Below, piece by piece: positions 1-8,601 of a stretch of DNA of 32,000 nt (its first letter is position 1; every line of letters starts with the position of its first letter). The DNA comes from Sinorhizobium meliloti (GTDB taxonomy: Bacteria; Pseudomonadota; Alphaproteobacteria; Rhizobiales; Rhizobiaceae). The stretch covers positions 2,190,001-2,222,000 of the forward strand of contig NZ_JAGIOS010000001.1 of assembly GCF_017876815.1 (NCBI RefSeq), written 5' to 3'. The position numbers were made by a program, and so were the translations under genes. The notes under the pieces are model-generated. The model had not been told where the DNA came from, made no database searches, and worked only from the letters and a program-made list of their open reading frames with translations.

Positions 1-164
1 AACGCCAGATTGGATGTCGAGGGAACGGAATCCGGATCGAGCGAATAGATATCTGCCCGGCTGCCCCAACGCAGCGTCGCGGCACTTGCCGAAGTGGCCA
101 GCGCCGGCGCGGCAATAGCCGCTGCGGCCAGTGCCGATATCAGAAACCTGTTTAAACGCGACAT
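1..164 (-). CDS. ABC transporter substrate-binding protein, family-5 (peptide/nickel/opine type), N-terminal fragment; gene continues past the window start
   Basis: Not in the ORF track because it is truncated. Reverse-strand translation from the ATG at 164-162 gives MSRLNRFLISALAAAAIAAPALATSASAATLRWGSRADIYSLDPDSVPSTSNLA. This is a Sec-type signal peptide followed by a TLRWG..D..SLDP motif typical of family-5 SBPs. An AAGGGGA Shine-Dalgarno lies just upstream (complement of 170-176). Confidence 0.55.
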   Translation of the reverse strand, partial: MSRLNRFLISALAAAAIAAPALATSASAATLRWGSRADIYSLDPDSVPSTSNLA

Positions 165-316
165 GAACTTCCCCTTATGACGGTCGATAGACTGGTTGGC
201 CCGCATTTTTGGGCAGTATCATAACCGATTGTTTTATTGTCAACGATATTGTTGCCAATTATGAATCAGAACATCGACAGTCCGATACAGCACCACGGGC
301 GCTGAAACGCGCATCG

Positions 317-338
317 AAATGCCGCCAACGGCATTTTT
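317..338 (+). promoter_or_regulatory. Terminator-like stem-loop with U-run in the 5' leader of the amidohydrolase gene (possible attenuator)
   Basis: AAATGCCG-CCAA-CGGCATTT forms a perfect 8-bp stem (317-324 / 329-336). It runs into TTTTT (334-338) and ends 15 nt before the ATG at 353. No upstream plus-strand gene exists for it to terminate. Confidence 0.35.
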
Positions 339-352
339 GAAGGGAATAGGAA

Positions 353-1828
353 ATGGATGGGTTCCTGCTGCTTCACGGGACGATCGTCACCGTCGACGAG
401 ACACGGCGGATCATCGACGATGGTGCGCTGGCAATCGAGAACGACAGGATTGTCGACATCGGCACATCGCAAGCGCTGGCTCCCCGTCATGCCGGAAAGA
501 AGGTGATCGACTGCCGGGGCAAGATGATCATTCCCGGGCTGATCGATGCTCATGGGCACGCCGGCCATGCCCTGATCCGCAGCATCGGCGCGGACACCAA
601 TTCGCTCTGGATGCGCATAGTGACGCCGACCTACTATCACTATGTCACCCGCGACTACTGGTATGCGGATGGCCTCGTCTCGGGCCTGGAAAGACTTCGT
701 GCGGGCGTGACCACCTCGGCCAGCATCATCACATCGATGCCGCGCAGCGACGATCCGGTATTCGCGATCAATCATGCTCGCGCCTATTCGGAACTCGGGC
801 TTCGCGAGATCATCTGTGTTGGCCCAGCGGGTCTGCCCTGGCCGCAATCGGTCACGCGGTGGGAAAGCGGCAGACCGGAGCGGCGCAGCGTCTCCTTCGA
901 GGAGATGATCGAGGGCGCCGAAGCCGTCATCGAAAGCCTGAACGGAACGGCCGACGGGCGCATCAAGGTCTTCCTGACGCCGTTCACGATCATGCCTTCG
1001 GTCGAACCGTCGAACGCATCGACACCGGACTTTGCCGTCAATCTGACGGAAAACGACCGGATGCAGGCGCGGCGCATTCGCGAAACTGCGCGCAAATGGG
1101 GCGTCCGCATTCATTCCGATGCCTTCGCCGGACAGATACGCATGGCCTGGCAGGACAGGGAAAATGCGCTGCTGGGCCCCGATGTGCACCTGCAGCATTG
1201 CTGGGGAATTTCCCACGAAGAGATCGACATCCTGGCCGAAACCGGCACCCATGTCACCCACGCGCCCCCCGGACGCTCCACCCCGATCATGGAGATGATG
1301 GCCCGGGGCGTGCCGGTCGCGATCACTTCGGACGGCGCGGCTCCGAGCCGTCATTTCGATATGCTCCAGATCGCGCGCAGCGCCCAAGCCACCCAGCACA
1401 TCCTGCACAATCACGACCGCTATATCCTGCCGCCGGGTAAGGTTTTCGAGATGATCACCATCGATGCGGCCGGCGCCATCGGCATGGATCACGAGATCGG
1501 TTCGCTCGAGGTTGGCAAAAAGGCGGATATCGTCATCATCGACATGCGCAAGCCGCATCTGACGCCCAACTGGATGCCGGTTCACCGGCTGATCCACCAG
1601 GTTCTCGGCAGCGATGTCGATACGGTGATCGTCGACGGCAGGATCATCATGGAGGAGGGCAGGGTACTGACCGCCGACATGTATGAGGCGCTGGCTTTCG
1701 GTGAAGCCGAAGCAAAGGCGCTTGTGGAGCGGGCCGGTCTGCACGCTCACATGCACGATCCCGGCTGGAAGCAATTGCATCGCACGTTCCAAAGTCCGAT
1801 TCCGCTGCCGCCCGTGCCGGACCACTGA
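353..1828 (+). CDS. Metal-dependent amidohydrolase, TRZ/ATZ / SsnA-like deaminase-chlorohydrolase subfamily
   Basis: 491-aa ORF. The N-terminus LLLHGTIVTVDE...DGALAIENDRIVDIG and PGLIDAHGHAGH (HxH metal-ligand motif) are characteristic of the Amidohydro_1 superfamily (cytosine/guanine deaminase, atrazine-chlorohydrolase-like). A purine-rich SD lies upstream. Confidence 0.85.
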   Translation: MDGFLLLHGTIVTVDETRRIIDDGALAIENDRIVDIGTSQALAPRHAGKKVIDCRGKMIIPGLIDAHGHAGHALIRSIGADTNSLWMRIVTPTYYHYVTRDYWYADGLVSGLERLRAGVTTSASIITSMPRSDDPVFAINHARAYSELGLREIICVGPAGLPWPQSVTRWESGRPERRSVSFEEMIEGAEAVIESLNGTADGRIKVFLTPFTIMPSVEPSNASTPDFAVNLTENDRMQARRIRETARKWGVRIHSDAFAGQIRMAWQDRENALLGPDVHLQHCWGISHEEIDILAETGTHVTHAPPGRSTPIMEMMARGVPVAITSDGAAPSRHFDMLQIARSAQATQHILHNHDRYILPPGKVFEMITIDAAGAIGMDHEIGSLEVGKKADIVIIDMRKPHLTPNWMPVHRLIHQVLGSDVDTVIVDGRIIMEEGRVLTADMYEALAFGEAEAKALVERAGLHAHMHDPGWKQLHRTFQSPIPLPPVPDH

Positions 1829-1886
1829 ACTCAGCTGATGGGAGACCAGGAAGCCCGCAATGCGTCCGTGAATACCAGCGACGCCG

Positions 1887-3200
1887 TTACCAGCCGGCAA
1901 AATCTCCAAGCAAGGCCTCATCGATCCGCCCAGCCGCCACATCGGCGAGCGCCTGGCCGAGCATAGCCACACCCGACTCGGCCTCCGCCGGCGTCAATGT
2001 CAGCGGCGGCGTGAGTTCGAGGACGTTGGACTGCACGCCGACATAATAGAGGACGAGACCGAGTTGGAAGGCGCGGTAGACGGTCAGCGCCGCCTGACGT
2101 GAAGCCGGTTCGCGGCTGGCGGGATCGGTCACAAGTTCGATGCCGAGGGCGAGGCCGCGGCCGCGCACATCGCCGATCAGCGTGTGGCGGGCGGTAAGGC
2201 GGTCAAGCGCTTCGCGCAGCACCTTGCCGCTTCTGTCCGCATTCAAGATGAGGTGGTCGCGCTCGATCGTCTGCAACACGGCCAGCGCGGCGGCCGCGCA
2301 GACGGGATTGCCGTGCACGGTCTGCAGCGAGAAGGCAACGCTGTGGTTCATGATGGCTTCCGGACCGACCACCGCAGAGATCGGCAGGCCGCCGCCAAGG
2401 CCCTTGCCGAAGACGACGATGTCCGGTTCGATACCGGAATGCTCGAAGGCGTTGAAGCGGCCGCTGCGGCCGAGGCCGACCTTCACCTCGTCCGAGACGA
2501 TCAGAATGCCGTGTCTGCGGCAGAGCGCTTCCACCGCCTTGAAGAACCCGTCCGGCGGCACCAGCATGCCGCCGTCCGACTGGATCGGCTCGATGAAGAA
2601 GGCTGCGACCTCTTCCGGCGGCACTTCGGTCGCGAAGAGCCGCTCGAGGTGGGCGAGCGCGGCGTCCCTTGCAGCCTCGGGGCTGCCCGCGGCATAGCTG
2701 TTCGGATAGGGCACGAGCGTCAGGCCTTCTGCCCGACTGCCCTGTTGTGCCGGATGGCCGGAAACGCCCATGGAGCCGATGGTGCCGCCGTGATAGGCCC
2801 CGTGGAACGCAAGGATGCGCGGCCGGCCGGTGGCGGCGACGACGATCCGGGCGACCGTCTCATTGGCGTCGGAGCCGGAATGGCCGAACCAGACGCGGCC
2901 GCGGGCGCGCTCCGGCACGAGCGAAAGCAGCTTTTCGGCGAGCAGCACGCAAGCCTCGTTGGCCGATGAAAGATAGCTCGCGCCCGCCTGATCGGAGAGC
3001 GCGCGGCCCACCGCCTCACGGATCGCCGGGTGGGAGTGGCCGAGGCTTGCCGCGCCCCAGGAGGCGGAGAAATCGAGAAGCTGCCGCCCGTCGTCGGCGG
3101 TCAGATAGGCGCCGCTGCCCCCGACGACCGCCTGCGGAAAAAACCGCAGATGCGCCATTTTGGAAACCGAGCGGCTTTCGCGGGCGTAGAGACCGGGCAC
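1887..3200 (-). CDS. Class-III (PLP-dependent) aminotransferase, 4-aminobutyrate/omega-amino acid type
   Basis: Family motifs: LRFFP...GG.G..L...DG, GSDANE and SDEVKVGLGRSGRF (PLP-lysine region). The ORF-track ATG at 3254 would overlap the upstream gene by 41 nt. An in-frame GTG at 3200-3198 follows AGAGGAG by 8 nt and sits 13 nt after the upstream stop, so I prefer 3200 (437 aa). The start is uncertain between 3200 and 3254. Confidence 0.88.
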   Translation of the reverse strand: MPGLYARESRSVSKMAHLRFFPQAVVGGSGAYLTADDGRQLLDFSASWGAASLGHSHPAIREAVGRALSDQAGASYLSSANEACVLLAEKLLSLVPERARGRVWFGHSGSDANETVARIVVAATGRPRILAFHGAYHGGTIGSMGVSGHPAQQGSRAEGLTLVPYPNSYAAGSPEAARDAALAHLERLFATEVPPEEVAAFFIEPIQSDGGMLVPPDGFFKAVEALCRRHGILIVSDEVKVGLGRSGRFNAFEHSGIEPDIVVFGKGLGGGLPISAVVGPEAIMNHSVAFSLQTVHGNPVCAAAALAVLQTIERDHLILNADRSGKVLREALDRLTARHTLIGDVRGRGLALGIELVTDPASREPASRQAALTVYRAFQLGLVLYYVGVQSNVLELTPPLTLTPAEAESGVAMLGQALADVAAGRIDEALLGDFAGW

Positions 3201-3213
3201 GCAGGCATCTCCT

Positions 3214-3882
3214 CTATCTGAAAAAGGTGAGAACCTCTTCGAGCGAGACGACATGGCAGTAGATCATGTTGATGATTTCCAGTTCCCGCCGGTGCAGATC
3301 GTCCGTCGCCGCGGCGCCGCAATCGTCGACGACGACCACGCCGAAACTTTCATCCGCAAGGCTGCGCACTGTCGAGGAGACGCACTGGTCGGTGAAGATG
3401 CCGCAGCAGATGACGTCCTTGATGCCCATATTGTGGAGGATGAGGCGAAGGTTCGTACCGGTCAGCGCACTGTCTGTCGTCTTTGTGACGACGATCTCGT
3501 CGCTGCGCGGTTCCAGCTCCGGAACGATCTGTCCCTCGGGCAGCTCCTTCGGCAGGAGCAGGTAATTGAAGCCGGGCTTCTTCTGGCTCAGCGAGCGGTC
3601 GCGCCCGTCCGGCTTCAGGCAGGCGATGCGGGCGAAGATGACCTCCACCTTGCGCTTGCGGCATTCGTCGATCAGCCGCGCCGTGTTCGGTATCACCGTT
3701 TTGCGCATACGCTCGTAGAAAGGTTGCCAGCGGGCGGTTTCCTCAGGCGTATCCTTCGGGTCGAGATAGGTGTTCTGGATGTCTATGACCAGCAGCGCCG
3801 TCGTCTCCGGATCGAGCGCGATGTCGTCCGGCTCCTCGGCACCGGCATAGTAGAAAGATCGGTAGGCGGTCTTCCAGCTCAT
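3214..3882 (-). CDS. Isochorismatase-family cysteine hydrolase (paralog 1)
   Basis: 222 aa. Catalytic-triad context is LLVIDIQN (Asp), VVTKTT (Lys) and FTDQCV (Cys). The start codon overlaps the upstream permease stop (ATGA at 3882-3879). Confidence 0.88.
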   Translation of the reverse strand: MSWKTAYRSFYYAGAEEPDDIALDPETTALLVIDIQNTYLDPKDTPEETARWQPFYERMRKTVIPNTARLIDECRKRKVEVIFARIACLKPDGRDRSLSQKKPGFNYLLLPKELPEGQIVPELEPRSDEIVVTKTTDSALTGTNLRLILHNMGIKDVICCGIFTDQCVSSTVRSLADESFGVVVVDDCGAAATDDLHRRELEIINMIYCHVVSLEEVLTFFR

Positions 3883-4907
3883 GCAACTGTCTCCTTCTTG
3901 CGGCGGGCGCGGGTGAGGATGTGGCCTATCTCGCGGTTCGGGAAGAGACCGCCCGGCTTGACGATCATCACGGCGATCATGGCGAGCGCGAGGACGATTT
4001 CCGTGAGGCCGACGACCTGGCCGGCGCCCAGGGCGGTGGCGTTGAGCGCGCCTTCCGTGCCGCGCAGCCCCTCATAGGCGAAGGTGACGAGAATCGTGCC
4101 GGCCACGGCGCCTGTCACGGTGTTGGCGCCGCCGATCACCAGCATGGTGATGATGAGGAACGTCTCCTTCAGATAGAAGGCTTTCGGCGCGAACGAGGTG
4201 ATGAAATGTCCCCACAGCGCTCCGCCGATGCCGGCGATGAATGCGGCAAGGATGAAGGCGCGCCAGCGCAGTTGCGGAATATCGGCGCCGAGGGCCGCCG
4301 CGGCGACCTCGTCCTCCCGCGAGGCGCGCAGCAGCTTGCCTGTCCGCGATTCCTTGAAGGCAAGCGCCACCACCACCACGATGGCTGCGACGATCGCGGC
4401 GACCGGCATGTCCGTCGTCTTCGGCAGGCCGAAGAGCGTGCGCGGGCCGTTGGTGAAGGCGCTCCAGTTGTTCATGACCGTGTAGAGCACGACGAGCAGC
4501 GCGAAGGAGGTGATCACCGACGCCGCATCCGAAAGCCGCATCAGCGGATAGGCGACGATGGCCGCGACGACGGCGGCCAGCACGCCCGCCGCGAGCATGG
4601 CGAGGAGCGGCGAAACTTCCACGACCTTCATGAACTCGTAGAGATCCGGCAGCGCCATGCCCTTCATCTGAGCCGGGATGGTGAGCACGGCGGACGTGTA
4701 GGCGCCGAGGCCCATGAAACCGATATGGGCGAAGGAGAGCAGGCCAGAATTGCCCATGAAGGTCTGCAGGCCGATGACCAGCACGAGCGAGATCAGCAGG
4801 TTGGTGGCGATACGGTCGTAGAGGCGGATGCCGAGGAGCTGGCTTCCGACGGCGATGATAACGATGACGCCGATGAGAATGAGGGCGGTGAAATAGGAGT
4901 GTTTCAT
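3879..4907 (-). CDS. Branched-chain amino acid/amide-type ABC transporter permease (LivM-like)
   Basis: 342 aa, multi-pass hydrophobic, with the LivM-type motif GLLSFAHIGFMGLGAYTSAV. Sits within the transporter operon. Confidence 0.9.
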   Translation of the reverse strand: MKHSYFTALILIGVIVIIAVGSQLLGIRLYDRIATNLLISLVLVIGLQTFMGNSGLLSFAHIGFMGLGAYTSAVLTIPAQMKGMALPDLYEFMKVVEVSPLLAMLAAGVLAAVVAAIVAYPLMRLSDAASVITSFALLVVLYTVMNNWSAFTNGPRTLFGLPKTTDMPVAAIVAAIVVVVALAFKESRTGKLLRASREDEVAAAALGADIPQLRWRAFILAAFIAGIGGALWGHFITSFAPKAFYLKETFLIITMLVIGGANTVTGAVAGTILVTFAYEGLRGTEGALNATALGAGQVVGLTEIVLALAMIAVMIVKPGGLFPNREIGHILTRARRKKETVA

Positions 4908-4919
4908 GGTCGCGCTCCC

Positions 4920-5810
4920 TCAGGTCCGCTGTCCGCTCGCCGGACCCCTGATGAGGCCGTCGGGGCGCCAGAGCAGGATCAGGATGACGAGGCTGAAGGT
5001 GAAGGCGTCGCGGAATTTCAGCAGGTCCTGCGACAGGGTGTAGTTGAGCGTGGTGTCGATGAGGGCGAGCAGGAAGCCCCCGACAACGGCGCCGGGCAGG
5101 CTCCGCATGCCGCCGATGACCGTGGCGATGAAGGCGACGAGCAGCGGCTCCAGGCCGATGCCCGGAACGACGGTGCCGATGCGGCCGATCCAGAGAATGC
5201 CGACGACGCCGGCGAGGAAGCCGGAAAGGGCGAAGGCGGACGAGATGATGAGGTTCGCCGGCACTCCCAGCATGCGCGCCATGGTGAAGTTCGTCGCCGC
5301 TGCGCGCATGGCGATGCCGAGCGTCGTCCTGCGCATCAGGAAGGCGACGCCGGCGAGCAGTGCGATGGAGGCGGCGATGGTGATGAGATTGCGGACCGGG
5401 GTGATCGCACCGCCGATCGAGACGGTCTGCGAGAAGATATCCGGGAGCGGCACGTTGCGAGGGCGCGGCGAGATGAAGAGGAGCGCCGCGTTCTGCAGCA
5501 GGTTGGAGAAGGCGAAGGATGTGATCAGCACCGCCGTCACCGATTTGGCCCGCACCGGACGGAAGGCGGCATAGTCGGTGATGATGCCGAAGAGGATGGC
5601 CATGCCGACGGCGAGCACCGCCATGACGATCCAGGGCAGGCCCGAGCCGCTGGCGAGAAACATCGTGTAGCCGGCCACCATGATGAGTTCGCCATAGGCG
5701 AAGTTCACGAGGCGCAGGATGCCGTAGATGATGACGAGGCCGAGTGCCATGAGCGCATAGGCGCCGCCGAGGCTCAGGACGTCGATGACGAACTGGATCG
5801 CGAAAGCCAT
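4920..5810 (-). CDS. Branched-chain amino acid/amide-type ABC transporter permease (LivH-like)
   Basis: 296 aa. LGGAYALMALGLVIIYGILRLVNFAYGELIMVAGY matches the LivH/BraD family N-terminus. Confidence 0.9.
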   Translation of the reverse strand: MAFAIQFVIDVLSLGGAYALMALGLVIIYGILRLVNFAYGELIMVAGYTMFLASGSGLPWIVMAVLAVGMAILFGIITDYAAFRPVRAKSVTAVLITSFAFSNLLQNAALLFISPRPRNVPLPDIFSQTVSIGGAITPVRNLITIAASIALLAGVAFLMRRTTLGIAMRAAATNFTMARMLGVPANLIISSAFALSGFLAGVVGILWIGRIGTVVPGIGLEPLLVAFIATVIGGMRSLPGAVVGGFLLALIDTTLNYTLSQDLLKFRDAFTFSLVILILLWRPDGLIRGPASGQRT

Positions 5811-5813
5811 GGA

Positions 5814-6521
5814 TCAGCCTCCCAGATAATGCCCGCTGAGGTCGCTGGTCGAGCGGATTTCCTCGGCCGTGCCTGATGCGACGATGGCGCCGAGGCGCAT
5901 GACGAAGGCGCGGTCGGCGACGGCGAGCGCCTGGTTCACGTTCTGCTCGACGAGCAGGATGGTGAGGCCGGATTTCTTCAGCGTCTCGATCATCTCGAAG
6001 ATGCGTTCGACGATGGCCGGCGCAAGGCCGAGCGAGGGTTCGTCCAGAAGAAGCACCCGTGGCCGCGCCATAAGCGCGCGGGCGATGACGAGCATCTGTT
6101 GCTCGCCGCCGGAGAGCGTGCCGGCCGCCTGTTTCGAGCGCTCGGCAAGGCGCGGGAAGAGCGTGTTCAGCTTCTCGAGGTTGTCGCGGTTGCCGGCCTG
6201 GTCGCGGCGATGGATAAAGGCGCCGAACATCAGGTTTTCGGCGACCGTCAGGTCCGGGAAGACGTCGCGGGTTTCCGGCACGGTGGCAAGGCCCGCGCGC
6301 ACGACCTGTTCGGGGCTCGCCGCGGTGATGTCCTTGCCTTCGAGCGTGATCGTGCCGCCGGAGGCTTTCAGCGCGCCGGCGATGCACTTGATGGTCGAGG
6401 ATTTGCCGGCACCATTGGCGCCGAGCAGGCTCACCAACTCACCCTTTCGAAGCGTGAAGCTGATGCTGCGCACAGCGCGGATCGCACCGTAGCTGACGGA
6501 AAGGTCGGTTACGTCAAGCAT
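5814..6521 (-). CDS. ABC transporter ATP-binding protein (LivF-like)
   Basis: Walker A GANGAGKSS, signature LSGGEQQM, Walker B LLLDEPSLGL. I place the start at the internal ATG (6521-6519, MLDVTDLSVSYG), which overlaps the upstream stop by 8 nt. The ORF-track 5' extension to 6620 is Arg/Pro/Ala junk overlapping the previous gene. Confidence 0.9.
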   Translation of the reverse strand: MLDVTDLSVSYGAIRAVRSISFTLRKGELVSLLGANGAGKSSTIKCIAGALKASGGTITLEGKDITAASPEQVVRAGLATVPETRDVFPDLTVAENLMFGAFIHRRDQAGNRDNLEKLNTLFPRLAERSKQAAGTLSGGEQQMLVIARALMARPRVLLLDEPSLGLAPAIVERIFEMIETLKKSGLTILLVEQNVNQALAVADRAFVMRLGAIVASGTAEEIRSTSDLSGHYLGG

Positions 6522-7248
6522 GGGCCGCCCCCTTGCCGAGATAGGCTTCGATAACGGCCGGGTGGCTGCGGACATGGGCGGCGTCGCCCTCCGCGATCGT
6601 GCGGCCGGAGGCGAGCACATGCAGCCTGTGGCAGAGGCGCATGATGAGACCCATGTCGTGGTCGATGATCAGAAGGCCGAGGCCGCGTTTCTCGGGCAAC
6701 TCGGCGAGCGTGTGCAGCAGGGTTTCCGTCTCCGCATCGTTCATGCCGGCGGCGGGCTCGTCGAGCAGCAGAAAGCGCGGCTCGGCGGCGAGCGCCCGGG
6801 CGATTTCGACGCGGCGCTTGTCGCCATAGCTGAGGCTTTCGCCAAGCTCGTCCGCCTTCGCCGTCAGGCCGAGTTCGGCCAGCAGGCCTTTCGCGCGTTC
6901 AGCCGACACGGTGCGGGAGGCGCCCTTTGCGAGCGCCGCCGCCTCGACATTCTCCATGACCGTCATAGAGTTGAAAATGCGTACTATCTGGAAGGAGCGG
7001 CTGACGCCCGCAAGCGCGATCTCGCGCGGCGAGAGACCGGACAGCGTGGTGTCGCCGGCGGCGATCGTGCCGGTCGCCAGCTTCACCTGGCCGGTGATGG
7101 CATTGATGAGCGTCGTCTTGCCGGAGCCGTTCGGCCCGATGAGGCCGACGACCTCGCCGGCGGCGACCGAGAGCGAGACATGGTCGAGTGCGCGCAGGCC
7201 GGTGAATTCCACCGACACGTCGTTTACCGCGAGACGCGTTTCAGACAT
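6514..7248 (-). CDS. ABC transporter ATP-binding protein (LivG-like)
   Basis: Walker A GPNGSGKTT, signature LSYGDKRRV, Walker B LLLDEPAAGMN; 244 aa. Confidence 0.9.
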   Translation of the reverse strand: MSETRLAVNDVSVEFTGLRALDHVSLSVAAGEVVGLIGPNGSGKTTLINAITGQVKLATGTIAAGDTTLSGLSPREIALAGVSRSFQIVRIFNSMTVMENVEAAALAKGASRTVSAERAKGLLAELGLTAKADELGESLSYGDKRRVEIARALAAEPRFLLLDEPAAGMNDAETETLLHTLAELPEKRGLGLLIIDHDMGLIMRLCHRLHVLASGRTIAEGDAAHVRSHPAVIEAYLGKGAAHA

Positions 7249-7263
7249 GGCTTTTCCGAAGTG

Positions 7264-7285
7264 ATGGGGCCGGCCTTGCGGCCGA
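7264..7285 (-). other. Intercistronic GC stem-loop between the SBP gene and the first ATPase gene
   Basis: GGGCCGGCC-TTGC-GGCCGACCC forms a 9-bp stem with one mismatch in the 51-nt gap after the SBP stop (7300). No U-run follows. Confidence 0.4.
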
Positions 7286-7299
7286 CCCGGATTGACCGA

Positions 7300-8472
7300 T
7301 CAGGGCTTAGGCAGGGATTCCGGCTTACGCCATCCGACGAAGCTCGGCTTGCCGCCCTTGAGCTCGATCACGGCCGCAGCCTTGTTCGGCACATGGCCTT
7401 CCTCGTTCGTGCCGTAGTCGAGATCGCCGGTCAGCAGCTTGAACTGGCCATCTTCCAATGCCTTGGCGAGCGCTGCGCCTTCGGTCGTTCCGGCCGCCTT
7501 GACCGCCTCGGCGAGCAGCATGATCGTATCCCAGCCCGTCGAGACGAAGGACGTGTCCGGCGCCTTGCCGAACATCTCCTTGTAGAGCTCGATGAACTTC
7601 GGCATGTCCGGATGTGCCTCCGGGCCCATCCAGGTATGCGTGACGAAATAGACGTCGTTGCCGAATTTTTCGCCGAGCGCCTCATGCATGGCCGGGTCGT
7701 CATAGGCGTCACCGCCGAGAACCGGCGCATCGTAGCCGACCTCGCGCAACGCGCGGATGATCACACCGATGTCGGTGCCGTAAGAGGAGACGAAGATCAC
7801 GTCCGGCTTCTTGCCGAGCGCCTGGAGACGGGCGAGCTGGGCGGAAAAATTGTTGTCGCCGTTCGTGTAGGTGTCTTCGAGCAGAATCTCGCCGCCATCG
7901 GCCTTGAATTGCTCCACGAAATATTTCGAGAGCGACTTGGTATAGGCGATGAACTGGTCGGTGACGACATAGGCCGTCTTCCAGCCCTTTTCCTTCACGG
8001 CGAAATCGGCGGCCGTCGCGCCCATCGTGGTATTCCACATGGAGAGCGTGAACTGCTTGTCGCCGAGCGACCAGGAGGAATAGAGCGGGTCGGAGGCGCA
8101 AGTCGAGATGCCGACGAGGCCTGCCGATTGCGCCTCCCGGCTCGCGGGCGAACCGAAGTCGAAATCGCACGGTGCGACGATGATCTCAGCACCCTTGTCG
8201 ATCAGTTCGACCGCGACATTGCCGACCGTCACCGGATCCGACTTGCCGTCGATGTTGATGAACTCGATCTGCTTGCCCAGCAAACCGCCATTGTCGTTGA
8301 GATACTTCACGGCGACCTTCGCGCCGTTGTAGCCGGGCGTGTCGAGGGGAGCCTGAATGCCCGTCATCGAGAGTGCGCCGCCGATCAGGATCTTGTCGTC
8401 GTCGGCAATGGCTGTGGAAGAGGCAAGCGCGAAGCTTGCCGCTGCGAGAAACAGTCTGGAAGTCTTGATCAT
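7300..8472 (-). CDS. ABC transporter periplasmic substrate-binding protein, LivJ / amide-urea (Peripla_BP_6) type
   Basis: Start placed at the internal ATG (8472-8470, MIKTSRLFLAAASFALASSTAIA, a signal peptide) preceded by AAGGGGA. The mature protein has LivJ-like architecture (ILIGGALSMTG...YNGAKVAVKYLNDNGGLLGK). Confidence 0.88.
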   Translation of the reverse strand: MIKTSRLFLAAASFALASSTAIADDDKILIGGALSMTGIQAPLDTPGYNGAKVAVKYLNDNGGLLGKQIEFINIDGKSDPVTVGNVAVELIDKGAEIIVAPCDFDFGSPASREAQSAGLVGISTCASDPLYSSWSLGDKQFTLSMWNTTMGATAADFAVKEKGWKTAYVVTDQFIAYTKSLSKYFVEQFKADGGEILLEDTYTNGDNNFSAQLARLQALGKKPDVIFVSSYGTDIGVIIRALREVGYDAPVLGGDAYDDPAMHEALGEKFGNDVYFVTHTWMGPEAHPDMPKFIELYKEMFGKAPDTSFVSTGWDTIMLLAEAVKAAGTTEGAALAKALEDGQFKLLTGDLDYGTNEEGHVPNKAAAVIELKGGKPSFVGWRKPESLPKP

Positions 8473-8585
8473 GGTCGTTCCCCTTATTGATGCCATTCGG
8501 CAGTGATGGTTCTGCGGCCTGGTCTTTTGACCTTCTTGTGCGGACCGCTCTCGTATGCTCCTTATTTGCCTCCCGTCGGCCGTCT

Positions 8586-8601
8586 GGGCAGGTTACTGCC
8601 C
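8586..8601 (-). other. Perfect 6-bp hairpin overlapping the stop codon of isochorismatase paralog 2
   Basis: GGGCAG-GTTA-CTGCCC. It sits at the start of the 120-nt gap before the SBP gene. No U-run follows, so it may be a weak terminator or an RNA processing or stability element. Confidence 0.3.

Noticed and set aside
266-1972. 568-aa minus-strand ORF, and the 373-aa plus-strand ORF at 319-1440, overlapping the amidohydrolase gene
   Set aside because: These are antisense or alternate-frame shadow ORFs typical of high-GC DNA. They have Arg/Gly/Pro/Ala-rich low-complexity translations and no family motifs. The 353-1828 frame carries clear amidohydrolase signatures.
3921-6387. Very long ORFs (651 aa plus strand at 3921-5876; 771 aa minus strand at 4072-6387) across the permease and ATPase genes
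   Set aside because: Their compositions (runs of R, G, D, E, H, P) are not protein-like. They overlap four genes with unambiguous ABC-transporter motifs in other frames.
5814-6620. ORF-track N-terminal extensions on several genes (5814-6620, 7300-8496, 8593-9360, 10844-12412, 12216-13016, 17544-18695, 30263-31960, 29474-30250)
   Set aside because: The extensions overlap upstream genes, are low-complexity, and lack an SD. Internal starts with good SDs begin exactly at signal peptides or conserved N-termini. The exact start remains uncertain for a few genes, as noted per feature.
6520-8490. 656-aa plus-strand ORF opposite the LivG-like and SBP genes
   Set aside because: It is a shadow ORF with no recognisable domains, and the opposite strand encodes motif-bearing genes.
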